The notes beneath the pieces are model-generated. The model had not been told where the DNA came from. It did no database searches and saw only the letters and a program-made list of their open reading frames with translations. Positions 28,780-38,415 of a DNA stretch of 64,000 nt are shown here, piece by piece (within the stretch, counting starts at the first letter, position 1; each line of letters opens with the position of its first letter). Made by a program: the position numbers and the translations under genes. Source of the DNA: a virus; IMG/VR virus record IMGVR_UViG_3300021364_000006; one strand, written 5' to 3'.

Positions 28780-29489
28780 AAAAAAGATGCTAGACCTTCA
28801 AGGACAACTTCATTTTCAACACCAGTCTTTGGATTTGTCACCTTCAATGTGTGTGACAGTTTTGGCATTGTTGAGAAAAACTTCTCAACTTTTGCAAATT
28901 GAGATGATGTCAAGTTGCCAACGAATTCATCCAGTTCTTTCTTGGTGCAATCTGCAGTGTTCCAAGACTCCTCTTCAGAATAGACTTGATCTACACAACT
29001 TGTGATAATATCAAATCCTTGATCAATACTTACATCTCCACCATCAAAGTTTGTCTTTACAAACTCATCAAGAGATGGATACTTCATTCTAATAGAAAGT
29101 TCATCATCTAGTTTGATGTCTCGATTGTGTTCGTCACTTACATTGATTTGAATATCATCAATGTTAATTTGAACCTCGACTTCAGTTTCACCGTCGTCTG
29201 GACATGTGACAATTACATCGATAAGTTCACCTACAGACTTTCCACGAACATTCAAGAATAGATATTCAATATCGAAAGTAGAAAGATTTTCTACCTTTAC
29301 ACCTCTAGAAAGGATACAAGAAGAAAGAACGTTCTTGACAGCACCTGTAATTTGCTTCATATCTTGACTCTCTAGAGCCATGATAAGAACCTTTTCCTCT
29401 TTGACTAGAAATGGACGATACTTGATTTTCTTTTTGATTGAAGGCAACTCAAGTTCATAAACAGGAGTCGAAGACTTTGGTAAAGGCAT
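28773..29489 (-). CDS. baseplate hub assembly chaperone gp26-like
   Basis: YRPFLVKEEK...DIEYLFL..RGKSVGE...EGLASFF. Confidence 0.9.
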   Translation of the reverse strand: MPLPKSSTPVYELELPSIKKKIKYRPFLVKEEKVLIMALESQDMKQITGAVKNVLSSCILSRGVKVENLSTFDIEYLFLNVRGKSVGELIDVIVTCPDDGETEVEVQINIDDIQINVSDEHNRDIKLDDELSIRMKYPSLDEFVKTNFDGGDVSIDQGFDIITSCVDQVYSEEESWNTADCTKKELDEFVGNLTSSQFAKVEKFFSTMPKLSHTLKVTNPKTGVENEVVLEGLASFFA

Positions 29490-29513
29490 GATATACTATG
29501 ATGTTTTGATTAT

Positions 29514-30464
29514 TTAGGGGGTTACTAGAGCACTACCACCAATGGATCCATCCGCTCCTCCAGCACCTGAACTGGCGTTAGCAATGAAGCTAATCTTGTC
29601 AGATCCTGTAGCAACAGTTGGATTCCACTTACCTTTGACTCCAATGAAACCATCAATGAAGTCTTGTGTGATTGCTTTTTGATTATAATTTGAGTTAGTG
29701 AAGAACTGTGATAGATCAGCATTGGATGATTGAGTTCCAGTTGCGCTATTTGCAGTTTTATTCTGGAAATCAATAACGCTGTCGTCAAAGTTTTGAGCAG
29801 ATGTTGTATTGTTATATGGATATGGAGAAACAGTTCCCTTACCTCTCGCTGTCAGGAAGTGTCTCTCATAATTAAAGTCAACGGAAAGTCTCAAAACAGA
29901 GTTTGAGCTTTCATATGATACTGGTGTAGATGTAATTGCGATTGGGAATAATTGAACAAAACTATATGCAGTCATTGCCTCTGATGTTGCCAATCCTCTA
30001 TCAAACTTATAAATTCTCATACTATCACATTTATATCCATTATTCCCTCTTGGATATCTCATTCTATAAAAATAACCTGGTGTATATGGACTTACATTAT
30101 TAGGAAGTTCTGCTCCACCAGAAATATGGCTGATCCATGCTTCAAAAAATCTCAATACTTGATATTGACTATCACAATAAAAACTAAGATTTATATTATT
30201 GAATATCTTTGTATGTGCATACTGCTGCTGAACACCAGTGAAATTTCCTTCAATTGATGTAGTCGCTAGACTCTGCCCAGGTAAGACTGCACTATAACAT
30301 AATAAACCAAGATCTTCATTGTAGAAATCACTCAGAACTCCACGATTTGCAAGAGTTTGTGTGAGTCCACCCGAAAATCCATTAAATGTCACCTGATAAT
30401 GAGATGATTGAGCTACATCACCAAATGTATTTTTAATGTCTGAGATCTTTTTTAGTCCTACCAC
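29514..30464 (-). CDS. tail tube-like protein (gp19/gp54 family)
   Basis: LCYSAVLPG...FFEAW...LFPIAITSTPVSYE. Confidence 0.65.
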   Translation of the reverse strand: MVGLKKISDIKNTFGDVAQSSHYQVTFNGFSGGLTQTLANRGVLSDFYNEDLGLLCYSAVLPGQSLATTSIEGNFTGVQQQYAHTKIFNNINLSFYCDSQYQVLRFFEAWISHISGGAELPNNVSPYTPGYFYRMRYPRGNNGYKCDSMRIYKFDRGLATSEAMTAYSFVQLFPIAITSTPVSYESSNSVLRLSVDFNYERHFLTARGKGTVSPYPYNNTTSAQNFDDSVIDFQNKTANSATGTQSSNADLSQFFTNSNYNQKAITQDFIDGFIGVKGKWNPTVATGSDKISFIANASSGAGGADGSIGGSALVTP

Positions 30465-30493
30465 TCTAAATACCTACAGTGAAATTTTTATGG

Positions 30494-30928
30494 ATGGCAT
30501 ATAAAGGTAAATTTCGCCCCTCAAACACAAAAAAGTATAGGGGAAATCCAAGTAACATTATTTATAGGTCTCTTTGGGAAAGAAAATTCATGGTCTACTG
30601 TGACCTGAATGAAAACATTCTTGAATGGGGCAGTGAAGAAATAGTTATTCCTTATCGATCACCACTGGACTCTAGAGTGCATCGTTACTTTCCAGACTTT
30701 TATATTAAAGTTCGTGAAAAAAATGGAAATGTTCAACGATATATTATTGAGATTAAACCAAAGAGACAGTGCAAAGAACCAAAGGTTCAGAAGGAAAAGA
30801 CTAAGAAATATATCTATGAAGTGACTGAGTATGCCAAGAATCAGGCAAAATGGAAAGCCGCAGAAGATTATTGTGAAGATCGCAAATGGCAGTTCAAAGT
30901 TCTTACTGAGGACGATCTAGGCATATGA
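30494..30928 (+). CDS. head completion nuclease gp4
   Basis: IIYRSLWE...WGSEE...HRYFPDF...IEIKP...NQAKW. Confidence 0.9.
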   Translation: MAYKGKFRPSNTKKYRGNPSNIIYRSLWERKFMVYCDLNENILEWGSEEIVIPYRSPLDSRVHRYFPDFYIKVREKNGNVQRYIIEIKPKRQCKEPKVQKEKTKKYIYEVTEYAKNQAKWKAAEDYCEDRKWQFKVLTEDDLGI

Positions 30929-31278
30929 GCAGAGTACAACCACTGATTGACAAAATGACTGGTGTCGAAGACCCAGACGATTTAATGATGGAGATCATGG
31001 AACTCTTACCAGAAACAGTTGAATCGACAGAAGTCGATGTTGGAAACTACTGCACGTTTGTATATCAACCAAAAACACCATTCATTCGTTATGATCAAAA
31101 TCCTCTAGTTGCAGTTGTTGCAAAGTTTGAATGGGGATTTCGTGGTATCAATTATCATTGGGGTGCTTACAGAAATTATACCAATGAAGAAGTGGTTGGT
31201 GCTGTTCATTTAGTCAACTCTTCGGAGGTGTCTGACTTGAGAACAATACCTTATCAAAATTATCGACTAAATATTTAA
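30925..31278 (+). CDS. gp2 DNA-end-protector-like protein
   Basis: FVYQPKT..YDQNPLV...GINYH. Confidence 0.55.
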   Translation: MSRVQPLIDKMTGVEDPDDLMMEIMELLPETVESTEVDVGNYCTFVYQPKTPFIRYDQNPLVAVVAKFEWGFRGINYHWGAYRNYTNEEVVGAVHLVNSSEVSDLRTIPYQNYRLNI

Positions 31279-31297
31279 ACTAGGGGTCTTTCTATAA

Positions 31298-32182
31298 ATG
31301 CCAAGCAAGAGCAAAAAAGGTAAATTACAACCCTTTAGATACCCAGCAGGTGTCTTGGAAGATCATTCTGACTATTTGTATATTGGGATTCGTTCATACA
31401 AACCAAGTAAGAATTCTACAAGTGAGGCATTTAGACTGCAATCCTTGGCACAGGGAACATCATTACAACAGTCAAAGTCAGTAGCAAATATAATTCTACC
31501 AATCCCAACTTCCATCACTGCTTCAAATGGAGTTACTTGGAATGGTGGAACAATGAATGTTCTGGAAAAAGCTGGCGTTGAGGCTGGAATGGCAGCAATG
31601 GATGGAAGATTTCAAGAAGCTCTTCAGGGACTAATAGATACAGCAAACGAAATTGGAACTGGAGATAGCACCATTAAAGGAGCACAAAGTTTCTTCGCTA
31701 GTAAAGCTATACAAGCACTTGGTAGTCAAGTGAGTTTTGAACAAGTTCTGTCAAGAAATACTGGTCAAGTCCTAAACCCAAATCTAGAGTTATTGTTTTC
31801 TGGTCCTGGTTTGAGAAGTTTTTCTTTCAATTATCAGTTATCTCCTAGAGATGAAAATGAAGCTCAAACAGTGAAAAATATTCTAAGAGTTCTAAAGCAA
31901 AGTATGTCTCCAAGAAGAGGAACCTCTACTGCATTCCTCTGTGCTCCTCATCTTTTCCACCTTTCATTCAAAAAAGGAAATGGGGATCATCCATACTTAA
32001 ATAGATTCAAGACGATGGCACTTGTAAATATTGGTGTCAATTATACTGGCACAGGGACATATGCAACATATGAAGATGGTTCTCCTGTAGTGTATAACTT
32101 ATCAATGGAGTTTCAAGAACTATCACCCGTTTACAATGAAGATTATGCTGGTGAAGAAGGTCTCATTGGAGCAGGATACTGA
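31298..32182 (+). CDS. baseplate tail-tube cap gp48
   Basis: ILPIP...NPNLELLFSGPGLRSFSF...EFQEL. Confidence 0.85.
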   Translation: MPSKSKKGKLQPFRYPAGVLEDHSDYLYIGIRSYKPSKNSTSEAFRLQSLAQGTSLQQSKSVANIILPIPTSITASNGVTWNGGTMNVLEKAGVEAGMAAMDGRFQEALQGLIDTANEIGTGDSTIKGAQSFFASKAIQALGSQVSFEQVLSRNTGQVLNPNLELLFSGPGLRSFSFNYQLSPRDENEAQTVKNILRVLKQSMSPRRGTSTAFLCAPHLFHLSFKKGNGDHPYLNRFKTMALVNIGVNYTGTGTYATYEDGSPVVYNLSMEFQELSPVYNEDYAGEEGLIGAGY

Positions 32183-32823
32183 TGTATTTCAAGGAATTGC
32201 CCGACGTAAGTTACCCATCACCTCTATCTGATAGAAGATCAGATAGGGAATATATAACTATCAAAAATCTCTTTAGAAGAGTCAAATTAAGAGATGATCT
32301 AGTTGATAAAGTAACAGCATTTGAAAGATATGAGGTCCGTCAAGGGGAGAGACCAGATATTGTTGCTGAAGAATATTATGATAATCAAGATTTAGATTGG
32401 TTGGTTCTAATCTCAAATAATATTACTAATGTTAGAGATCAATGGCCTCTAAGTGATAATGAATTATATAATTATGCCGTTGAGAAATATGGTGTAGAAG
32501 GTCTAAGTCAAGTTGCATATCACGAAACAACTGAAGTAAAAGATGATCTTGGAAGATTAATTTTCCCAGCAGGTATCCGAGTAGACTCTGATTTCACAAT
32601 ACCAAATCCAGATATATTTGATACGACTTTGAATCCTGTTAGAGCTATTTCAAACTACGAAGCAGAATCACGTCTCAATGATGAAAAGAGATCAATAGTT
32701 TTATTGAGAAAAAACTTTGTCACTCAAGCCATCCTAGATTTAAGGGAGGAATTGACTTACGACAAATCCTCCCAGAAAGTAAATAATAAACTAATTAAAG
32801 CAGATAATATTAGACTGAAGTAA
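32182..32823 (+). CDS. baseplate wedge subunit gp53
   Basis: GERPDIVA..YY....DWLVLISNNI...QWP. Confidence 0.85.
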   Translation: MYFKELPDVSYPSPLSDRRSDREYITIKNLFRRVKLRDDLVDKVTAFERYEVRQGERPDIVAEEYYDNQDLDWLVLISNNITNVRDQWPLSDNELYNYAVEKYGVEGLSQVAYHETTEVKDDLGRLIFPAGIRVDSDFTIPNPDIFDTTLNPVRAISNYEAESRLNDEKRSIVLLRKNFVTQAILDLREELTYDKSSQKVNNKLIKADNIRLK

Positions 32824-33771
32824 TCATCCGTCTGCTAGTCGCTGGAAATAACTTAGAGTGTCATCTTCCTCGTCGGAACTAGGAGTGATGTCAGGTGCGT
32901 TGAAGTCACGACCTTCACTCAGTGAATCTAGTTCATTACGCATGGACTGTGGCATAGGTGCTGCCTCACCACGATTCTCACGACGGAACTGTTCTTCTTC
33001 TTCGACAGTCTCTTGATCTTGGAACTTAGGAGTGCCCTTGATACCAAGAACATAGTCAAGACGAGTCTTCAGCTCTTCGTAAGTCTTGAACTGATCAGGA
33101 GCAACTAGTGACTGAAGAGAATACTCTTTCTTCCAGATTGCTTCCATAGCATCGTCATCATCTAGAAGTGCATCTGGACGTGCAAACTCAGAAGAATCAT
33201 AGTTCCAGTAACCTGCAACTTTCTTGATCTTCAGTTTGAAGTTAGCACCTTGCCAGAAGTCGAAGGGATTGATGGGCTCTTCATCTTCAAACTCAGGTTG
33301 CATAGCAGCAGTGATCTTATCAAAGATCTTCTTGCCAAACTTGAAGAGGAAGACTTTACCTTCGTTGTCAGGATTGACAGGATCCTTAACAACATAGATG
33401 TTGCTGTAGTAAGACAGTTTACGCTTTTGCTTACGAGCAACATCCTTATCAGACTCTAGACCACTGTTCCAGAGTTGAGAGTTGTATTCAGATACGGGGT
33501 CCTTTTGTCCGAGAGTGGTGAGAGAGTTCTCAATGAACCAACCACCAGGGCCTTGGAAGGCGTGAGAATACAGTTTTGCCCATGGCAGATCTTCGCCATC
33601 GGGAGCAGGGAGGAAACGAATTACAGCGTAACCGTTGCCAGTCTTGTCAAGTTGTGGTTTCCAGAGACGATCGTCTCCACCACCAGTCTTGGTCATTTTT
33701 TCGACTTCCTTCACCAGTTTGTTAGTGAGGGAACCCAGAGAGGATTTCTTTTTTAGATCGGAAAAGGACAT
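32824..33771 (-). CDS. single-stranded DNA-binding protein gp32
   Basis: GNGYAVIRFLP, FGKKIFDKI, PFDFWQGANFKLK, acidic tail. Confidence 0.95.
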   Translation of the reverse strand: MSFSDLKKKSSLGSLTNKLVKEVEKMTKTGGGDDRLWKPQLDKTGNGYAVIRFLPAPDGEDLPWAKLYSHAFQGPGGWFIENSLTTLGQKDPVSEYNSQLWNSGLESDKDVARKQKRKLSYYSNIYVVKDPVNPDNEGKVFLFKFGKKIFDKITAAMQPEFEDEEPINPFDFWQGANFKLKIKKVAGYWNYDSSEFARPDALLDDDDAMEAIWKKEYSLQSLVAPDQFKTYEELKTRLDYVLGIKGTPKFQDQETVEEEEQFRRENRGEAAPMPQSMRNELDSLSEGRDFNAPDITPSSDEEDDTLSYFQRLADG

Positions 33772-33818
33772 TGGATTTGGCCTGTGTTGTGAACGTGTTT
33801 ATTATAGGATGGGTTGGG

Positions 33819-34151
33819 TCAGGAGTCAAGGTCTTTTCTCATACCCCGAACAGTTGCTTTCATTTCTTCAAAGACAGATCTCACATCATTTCCTCCAGCG
33901 AATCCCATCATTTCGCAGAATTCTTGGATGTTTTTTCTTCTTTCAATTGCTGCTGGATCATCACTAAGTGACATACGAGCGTACATCAAACTTTGTGTTT
34001 CAATCAGCTCTTCTAGTTTACCCAAATGCTCAATTTTTTCATCATGATTAAGATTTGGGTAATCCATGACTTCTTCAAAGATTTCTTCTTGAAGTCTTTC
34101 AATTTTGTCCAAACCTGCTTGAACAAATTCGGATTCCATAAATTTACTCAT
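33819..34151 (-). CDS. DUF1825-like hypothetical protein
   Basis: F.SEFVQ...R.SLSDDP.A; late-promoter-like CTAAATA upstream. Confidence 0.7.
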   Translation of the reverse strand: MSKFMESEFVQAGLDKIERLQEEIFEEVMDYPNLNHDEKIEHLGKLEELIETQSLMYARMSLSDDPAAIERRKNIQEFCEMMGFAGGNDVRSVFEEMKATVRGMRKDLDS

Positions 34152-34177
34152 GTTTATAATTCTTGACCCTTTGGTAT

Positions 34178-34432
34178 TTAGAGTGGTAATTTTGCCTTGG
34201 AAGTCTTCTTCATAAAGTTCAGACGAATAGCGTCCCACTTTAGTTTTTCTTTTAATGGCTTGGTGATTAGTTTTGAAATTGAATCAACTTCAAGGTTATT
34301 TTGCTCACAGAAAAAGACGATTGCATCAATGTAATTCATCTTCTCTTTGAGAACAATTTGTTCAATCTCCTGACAAAATTTTTCAGATGTGATGAACTTT
34401 TTTTCTAACTCCTTTTTTAATTCATTTTTCAT
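34178..34432 (-). CDS. late-promoter transcription coactivator gp33
   Basis: YIDAIVFFCEQN...LKEKLKWDA.RLNF. Confidence 0.9.
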   Translation of the reverse strand: MKNELKKELEKKFITSEKFCQEIEQIVLKEKMNYIDAIVFFCEQNNLEVDSISKLITKPLKEKLKWDAIRLNFMKKTSKAKLPL

Positions 34433-35078
34433 TGAATCTCCGTAGATATTCACCCAACAAATGGATGTATTTTCCTTTGTCGTACTCTTCATAAACTTCG
34501 CATTCTCCATTTTCGCATGACATGATAATTACAAATTTCTTCACTATTATACCAGTAAGTTCATACAACATGCAAGCATATGCTGCACACTGTACAAAGT
34601 ATCCATCAATCCAATCTCTTGGTTTTGGTTGCTTACTTGTCTTAAAGTCAATGATCGCCAACTCGCCATTGTACTCAGCGATGCAATCTACTGTCCCAGC
34701 GACTTTAAGGTTCATACTATATAGTCTCTTTTCAAGACCGTGAATATTGTCGATATTATTCAGGTATGGTTTCGCAACCTTGAATAACATCTCTGGAAGT
34801 GGTTTTACTTTTGGAAGAGATTCATTCTTTAGATAATGCTCAGTCAGAGTGTGCATGTCAGTGCCACGACTGGACGATTGTCTCAGAGTTCTGTTTGCTA
34901 CTTCATCACCAACTTTTTTTCTCCACTTAGCAAATTTGTCCCGATTAATCCAGCTCAACACTGAAGTAATCGAGACAAATTTTACATCTTGGGTGCCAGG
35001 CACAACATAGTGCCTAACACCTTCGATTTCTTCTCTTTCTAGATCATTAACAAAAGGAATATCAATGTGATTGAACAT
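34422..35078 (-). CDS. PD-(D/E)XK exonuclease
   Basis: SITSVL, RGT.MH, AGTVDCIA, IIDFKTS, Q..AYA. Confidence 0.85.
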   Translation of the reverse strand: MFNHIDIPFVNDLEREEIEGVRHYVVPGTQDVKFVSITSVLSWINRDKFAKWRKKVGDEVANRTLRQSSSRGTDMHTLTEHYLKNESLPKVKPLPEMLFKVAKPYLNNIDNIHGLEKRLYSMNLKVAGTVDCIAEYNGELAIIDFKTSKQPKPRDWIDGYFVQCAAYACMLYELTGIIVKKFVIIMSCENGECEVYEEYDKGKYIHLLGEYLRRFNEK

Positions 35079-35839
35079 TACAAATTAGAATCGAGTTTAG
35101 CAAGTAAGTATTCTTTAACGATACCAGATCTTACGATATCGTCAACACCAAACTCTACAAGTTCAAATGATGGCATCTTTCTAAGGATGCTCATGAAATC
35201 GACAATTCCATTCTTTTCATTAGTTTTGGTAAGATCAGTTTGAGTGGCATCACCACAGAAAATAATCTTACTATTCTCACCAACACGGGTGATGATAGAG
35301 TCTAGTTCGTGGAAGTTTAGATTCTGGAATTCATCAATGATCAGAATTGCATTATCGAAAGTAGTACCACGAATAAAGGAAGTGCTCCAAAAACTTACAG
35401 TTTCCTGAGCTTTCAGATTGCCATACAGCATTTCAAAGTCTGTATCTGTAGGCATCTCAAACATATACTTTACCATATTCTTATATGGAATCTGGTAAAG
35501 GGAAGACTTGTCCTCATGATCTCCTGGTAGGAAACCAATCTCTCTAGTTGCTACCAAAGAGCGGACAACATATACTTTTTCATACGGTGTGACTTCGTTT
35601 AAGACATCTGCGAGTGCATTATAAAGAGCAATGAACGTTTTACCAGTTCCAGCACATCCATATGCAACCAAATGTTTTCCTTCCTCATATGCATCAAAGA
35701 ATTTCTTTTGATTGTCAGTAAGAGGATTAATGTCAACCATCAAGTCTGAGTTGATTGGTTTCTTACGCTTCATCTGCTTAGCAGTGAGGCCCACACCGAT
35801 GGGTTGCTGGGATGAGTTCTTTCTCTTTTTTGCAGGCAT
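35078..35839 (-). CDS. phoH: PhoH-family ATPase
   Basis: GCAGTGKT, IGFLPG, FIRGTTF, DEFQN, CGDATQTD. Confidence 0.95.
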   Translation of the reverse strand: MPAKKRKNSSQQPIGVGLTAKQMKRKKPINSDLMVDINPLTDNQKKFFDAYEEGKHLVAYGCAGTGKTFIALYNALADVLNEVTPYEKVYVVRSLVATREIGFLPGDHEDKSSLYQIPYKNMVKYMFEMPTDTDFEMLYGNLKAQETVSFWSTSFIRGTTFDNAILIIDEFQNLNFHELDSIITRVGENSKIIFCGDATQTDLTKTNEKNGIVDFMSILRKMPSFELVEFGVDDIVRSGIVKEYLLAKLDSNL

Positions 35840-35852
35840 AGGTTGAGGTTTA

Positions 35853-36101
35853 CTAGATTTTTTTGACGTTTGATCCAGGCATCTTTGCGGCTCTTCCGAG
35901 CACATCATTCCACCCTGGGTTTTTGGCGACTAATTTATTGCGCCACTCACCGACTTCCCCGACACCAGGACAGGTGCTGGGATCTGAATAATCTCTTGAC
36001 CAATCGGGATTATCTTTTTTCCACTGGTCCCATTCATGTACGCTCATTTTCACTTCTTTTGTCTCACCTGTTTTAAGGTGGACAACTGGATATGTTGCCA
36101 T
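35853..36101 (-). CDS. conserved cyanophage hypothetical protein
   Basis: MATYPV...TGE...GWNDVL....K.PGS. Confidence 0.75.
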   Translation of the reverse strand: MATYPVVHLKTGETKEVKMSVHEWDQWKKDNPDWSRDYSDPSTCPGVGEVGEWRNKLVAKNPGWNDVLGRAAKMPGSNVKKI

Positions 36102-36121
36102 AAGTTAGAATCTCCACATAA

Positions 36122-36772
36122 TTATTTAGTATGGGCAACCCAACCAAGTGCTTCAGCAATCACTGGGAACTGACCAGCAAAGATACACTTACACTCATTG
36201 GCAATGTCCATATGCTCCTTCTGTGTGCCGTTGGCAGAACGCAGTTGGATATAATGGATCCATGATCTTACTGAGCCCGACATGTAGAGTTTTGTGGGCG
36301 TGGCCAAAGGAAGCACAAAACGAGCACATTCCTTTGCAATTCCTTTATCAAGCATTGCCTGATATAGATCCATACCTTCAGCAAAATATCTTTGAATCTG
36401 AATCTCAAACTCTTGCTTAGTAAATTCATCAATATCATCAATAGAGTTTTGACGATTCTTTGTGTCCTGACGACGAAGATCGAACATTGGAATCTTATCA
36501 GCAAGCAGAGATGAATCTGCATATCGCTGGGAAAACTCTTGATATGTGAACGAACGATGACGAAGGATTTGGGCCGCCAGTCCCCTGGTGGTGTTGATCT
36601 CAAGCGTCATGAATGCCATCTCAAAGATACTCCAATGCTGATGATTGATGCAGTATTTGAGAAGACCAGCAATCTTTTCGTTCTCTTGATTGTTGGGGTT
36701 GCTTACGCGAGCACAATATGCAATATTTTTCTCTGCATCAGGAGTGACAGAGATCAGTTTAACATGATTCAT
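36122..36772 (-). CDS. thyX: FAD-dependent thymidylate synthase
   Basis: RHRSFTYQEFSQRY motif; AKECARFVLP. Confidence 0.95.
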   Translation of the reverse strand: MNHVKLISVTPDAEKNIAYCARVSNPNNQENEKIAGLLKYCINHQHWSIFEMAFMTLEINTTRGLAAQILRHRSFTYQEFSQRYADSSLLADKIPMFDLRRQDTKNRQNSIDDIDEFTKQEFEIQIQRYFAEGMDLYQAMLDKGIAKECARFVLPLATPTKLYMSGSVRSWIHYIQLRSANGTQKEHMDIANECKCIFAGQFPVIAEALGWVAHTK

Positions 36773-36938
36773 TCTTGAAAAGTTTACGACATTTTTTCAC
36801 TGCTTTGAGTTCATCTTTGATCATCTGATAGGCATCCTCAGCATTGATTCTACCACCAAGTTCCATGGCACAGATAACCTCAACTCTTGTACCGAAATGC
36901 TTTAGAGCTTCCTCAAAGCAATTCAATTCCTCATACAT
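36759..36938 (-). CDS. small cyanobacterial-type protein (59 aa; not in ORF track)
   Basis: MYEELNCFEEALKHFGTRVEVICAMELGGRINAEDAYQMIK... Confidence 0.7.
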   Translation of the reverse strand: MYEELNCFEEALKHFGTRVEVICAMELGGRINAEDAYQMIKDELKAVKKCRKLFKNESC

Positions 36939-36950
36939 TTTAGCATAACC

Positions 36951-37253
36951 TCAACGTTTTTTCTTTTCCTCCTTGGGTTTGTATCCCCAAAGTTTAGGTT
37001 TGATTGTTCCCTTTGTCCATGAGAACTTCACAAAACCCTTCCCAAACTTATCATAGTACATATCAAAAAGTTTGACTTCTTTTTGAGTTCTGGTGATATC
37101 ATAAAAAGTCTCACCGTCAATTTGATACTCTACTAAGAATGCATCCGTAGGAAGACTTTTATCGTTAGCATCAGATGGACTACAATCTGTCATTAAGATT
37201 GTACATCCGTATCTCTGTTTAGTTAGAGATTTTTCTTCCTCGGTCCAAGTCAT
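36951..37253 (-). CDS. conserved hypothetical protein
   Basis: LPTDAFLVEY...FDMYYDKFG...PKLWGY; probable start MTWTE. Confidence 0.7.
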   Translation of the reverse strand: MTWTEEEKSLTKQRYGCTILMTDCSPSDANDKSLPTDAFLVEYQIDGETFYDITRTQKEVKLFDMYYDKFGKGFVKFSWTKGTIKPKLWGYKPKEEKKKR

Positions 37254-37257
37254 GAAA

Positions 37258-37710
37258 TCAGGTGCGATTTCCCCATACGATGTCCTCGAAGGCTTCGGCA
37301 ACAACGTTTCTTGTGATTCGATATTTTTTTCCAATTTCTTTATCCTTTACTAAACATAGAAGTTCTGCCTCCTCTTTATGCAGAGACTCAAGTAATTCAA
37401 TGAACAAGGCTTCACGTCTGGTACGAGTGAGATCTACGTTTCCACCCTCAACAAAATTATAGAACATTCGTTGTTGACTGACAAGTCTAGAGACTCCATC
37501 ACCAATTGGTTTGTCGCTAGGTGTATATGGCACATCACCTTCTGGGATGGCACTCTTAATAGACTCATCAAAATTCCAAATGAGAAGAGAAACCAAAGCG
37601 GGATTACGATACTCTTTCAGTAAGTTAATCTTAGCCGCTTTAGTTTTTGCGCTGGATACAGCTTGTAAAATTTCAGATTGTAGTGGATTGGGTGGTAATT
37701 TTTTTGCCAT
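37258..37710 (-). CDS. conserved T4-like hypothetical protein
   Basis: WNFDESI...PEGDVPY...RE.LFI.LLE.LH..EA. Confidence 0.75.
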   Translation of the reverse strand: MAKKLPPNPLQSEILQAVSSAKTKAAKINLLKEYRNPALVSLLIWNFDESIKSAIPEGDVPYTPSDKPIGDGVSRLVSQQRMFYNFVEGGNVDLTRTRREALFIELLESLHKEEAELLCLVKDKEIGKKYRITRNVVAEAFEDIVWGNRT

Positions 37711-37725
37711 AATTAAACTCCAAGT

Positions 37726-37947
37726 TTAGTCATAATCTTCTTCGTCGTCAATAAATCCGTTTTCAAAGCGGAATGCGATTAGTTGGTCAGGAAGGACTCC
37801 TCCATCTTCGTCGTACATTTCTGGGTGCAACCCCTGAGGAACATTGAATGATATTACGTTCTCTCTTACAATCCATCCAACAATAGACCCCGTAAGAAAG
37901 GCACCGATCATAAGGAATGATCCTAAAACAAGTGAGACTGCTAACAT
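37726..37947 (-). CDS. membrane-anchored hypothetical protein
   Basis: N-terminal TM helix, HPEMYDEDG motif. Confidence 0.7.
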   Translation of the reverse strand: MLAVSLVLGSFLMIGAFLTGSIVGWIVRENVISFNVPQGLHPEMYDEDGGVLPDQLIAFRFENGFIDDEEDYD

Positions 37948-38114
37948 GGTTCCTCTCCTAGACTTTCTGTTTTCTTACATCAAAAGAAAACTTGAACTTA
38001 ATCGATAATTCTTTTTTAAAAAATCTGAACTTCTGTGCAAAGTCCAGATCAAGTAACTGCTTTGGTTTTTTGACTCCGTTAAGAATTAGTTCTACGCCTC
38101 TATTTATAGGGATT

Positions 38115-38351
38115 TCAGAGGATTTTTTGCTCTCTGAGGTATCTGATGGTTTCACTGCAGCCCCCTATTTTTGTTTTTTCTGTGGTCACTTGAGGGAATG
38201 TGCTACCCTCCCCAAATTCGTCATAAAATTGTTCTTTGGTGTAATCTACATCAAGAGTATAGATCACGTAACGTTGTTCTGTCAAGTCAAACAGATCTTT
38301 GACTTTACTGCAATATGGACAATTGTTCTTTGAATAGACGGTAAAAGTCAT
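38115..38351 (-). CDS. nrdC: glutaredoxin
   Basis: CPYC, TFPQV, IGG. Confidence 0.9.
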   Translation of the reverse strand: MTFTVYSKNNCPYCSKVKDLFDLTEQRYVIYTLDVDYTKEQFYDEFGEGSTFPQVTTEKTKIGGCSETIRYLREQKIL

Positions 38352-38415
38352 TTAGAAAGTTAACCTCTATGAATGATATATAGTAAGAATTACAATTTGA
38401 ATTTTAGCAGGAAAA

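Noticed and set aside
34422-35078. Cas4-like nuclease as part of a CRISPR system
   Set aside because: No array or other cas genes; ordinary exonuclease in the phoH-gp33 block
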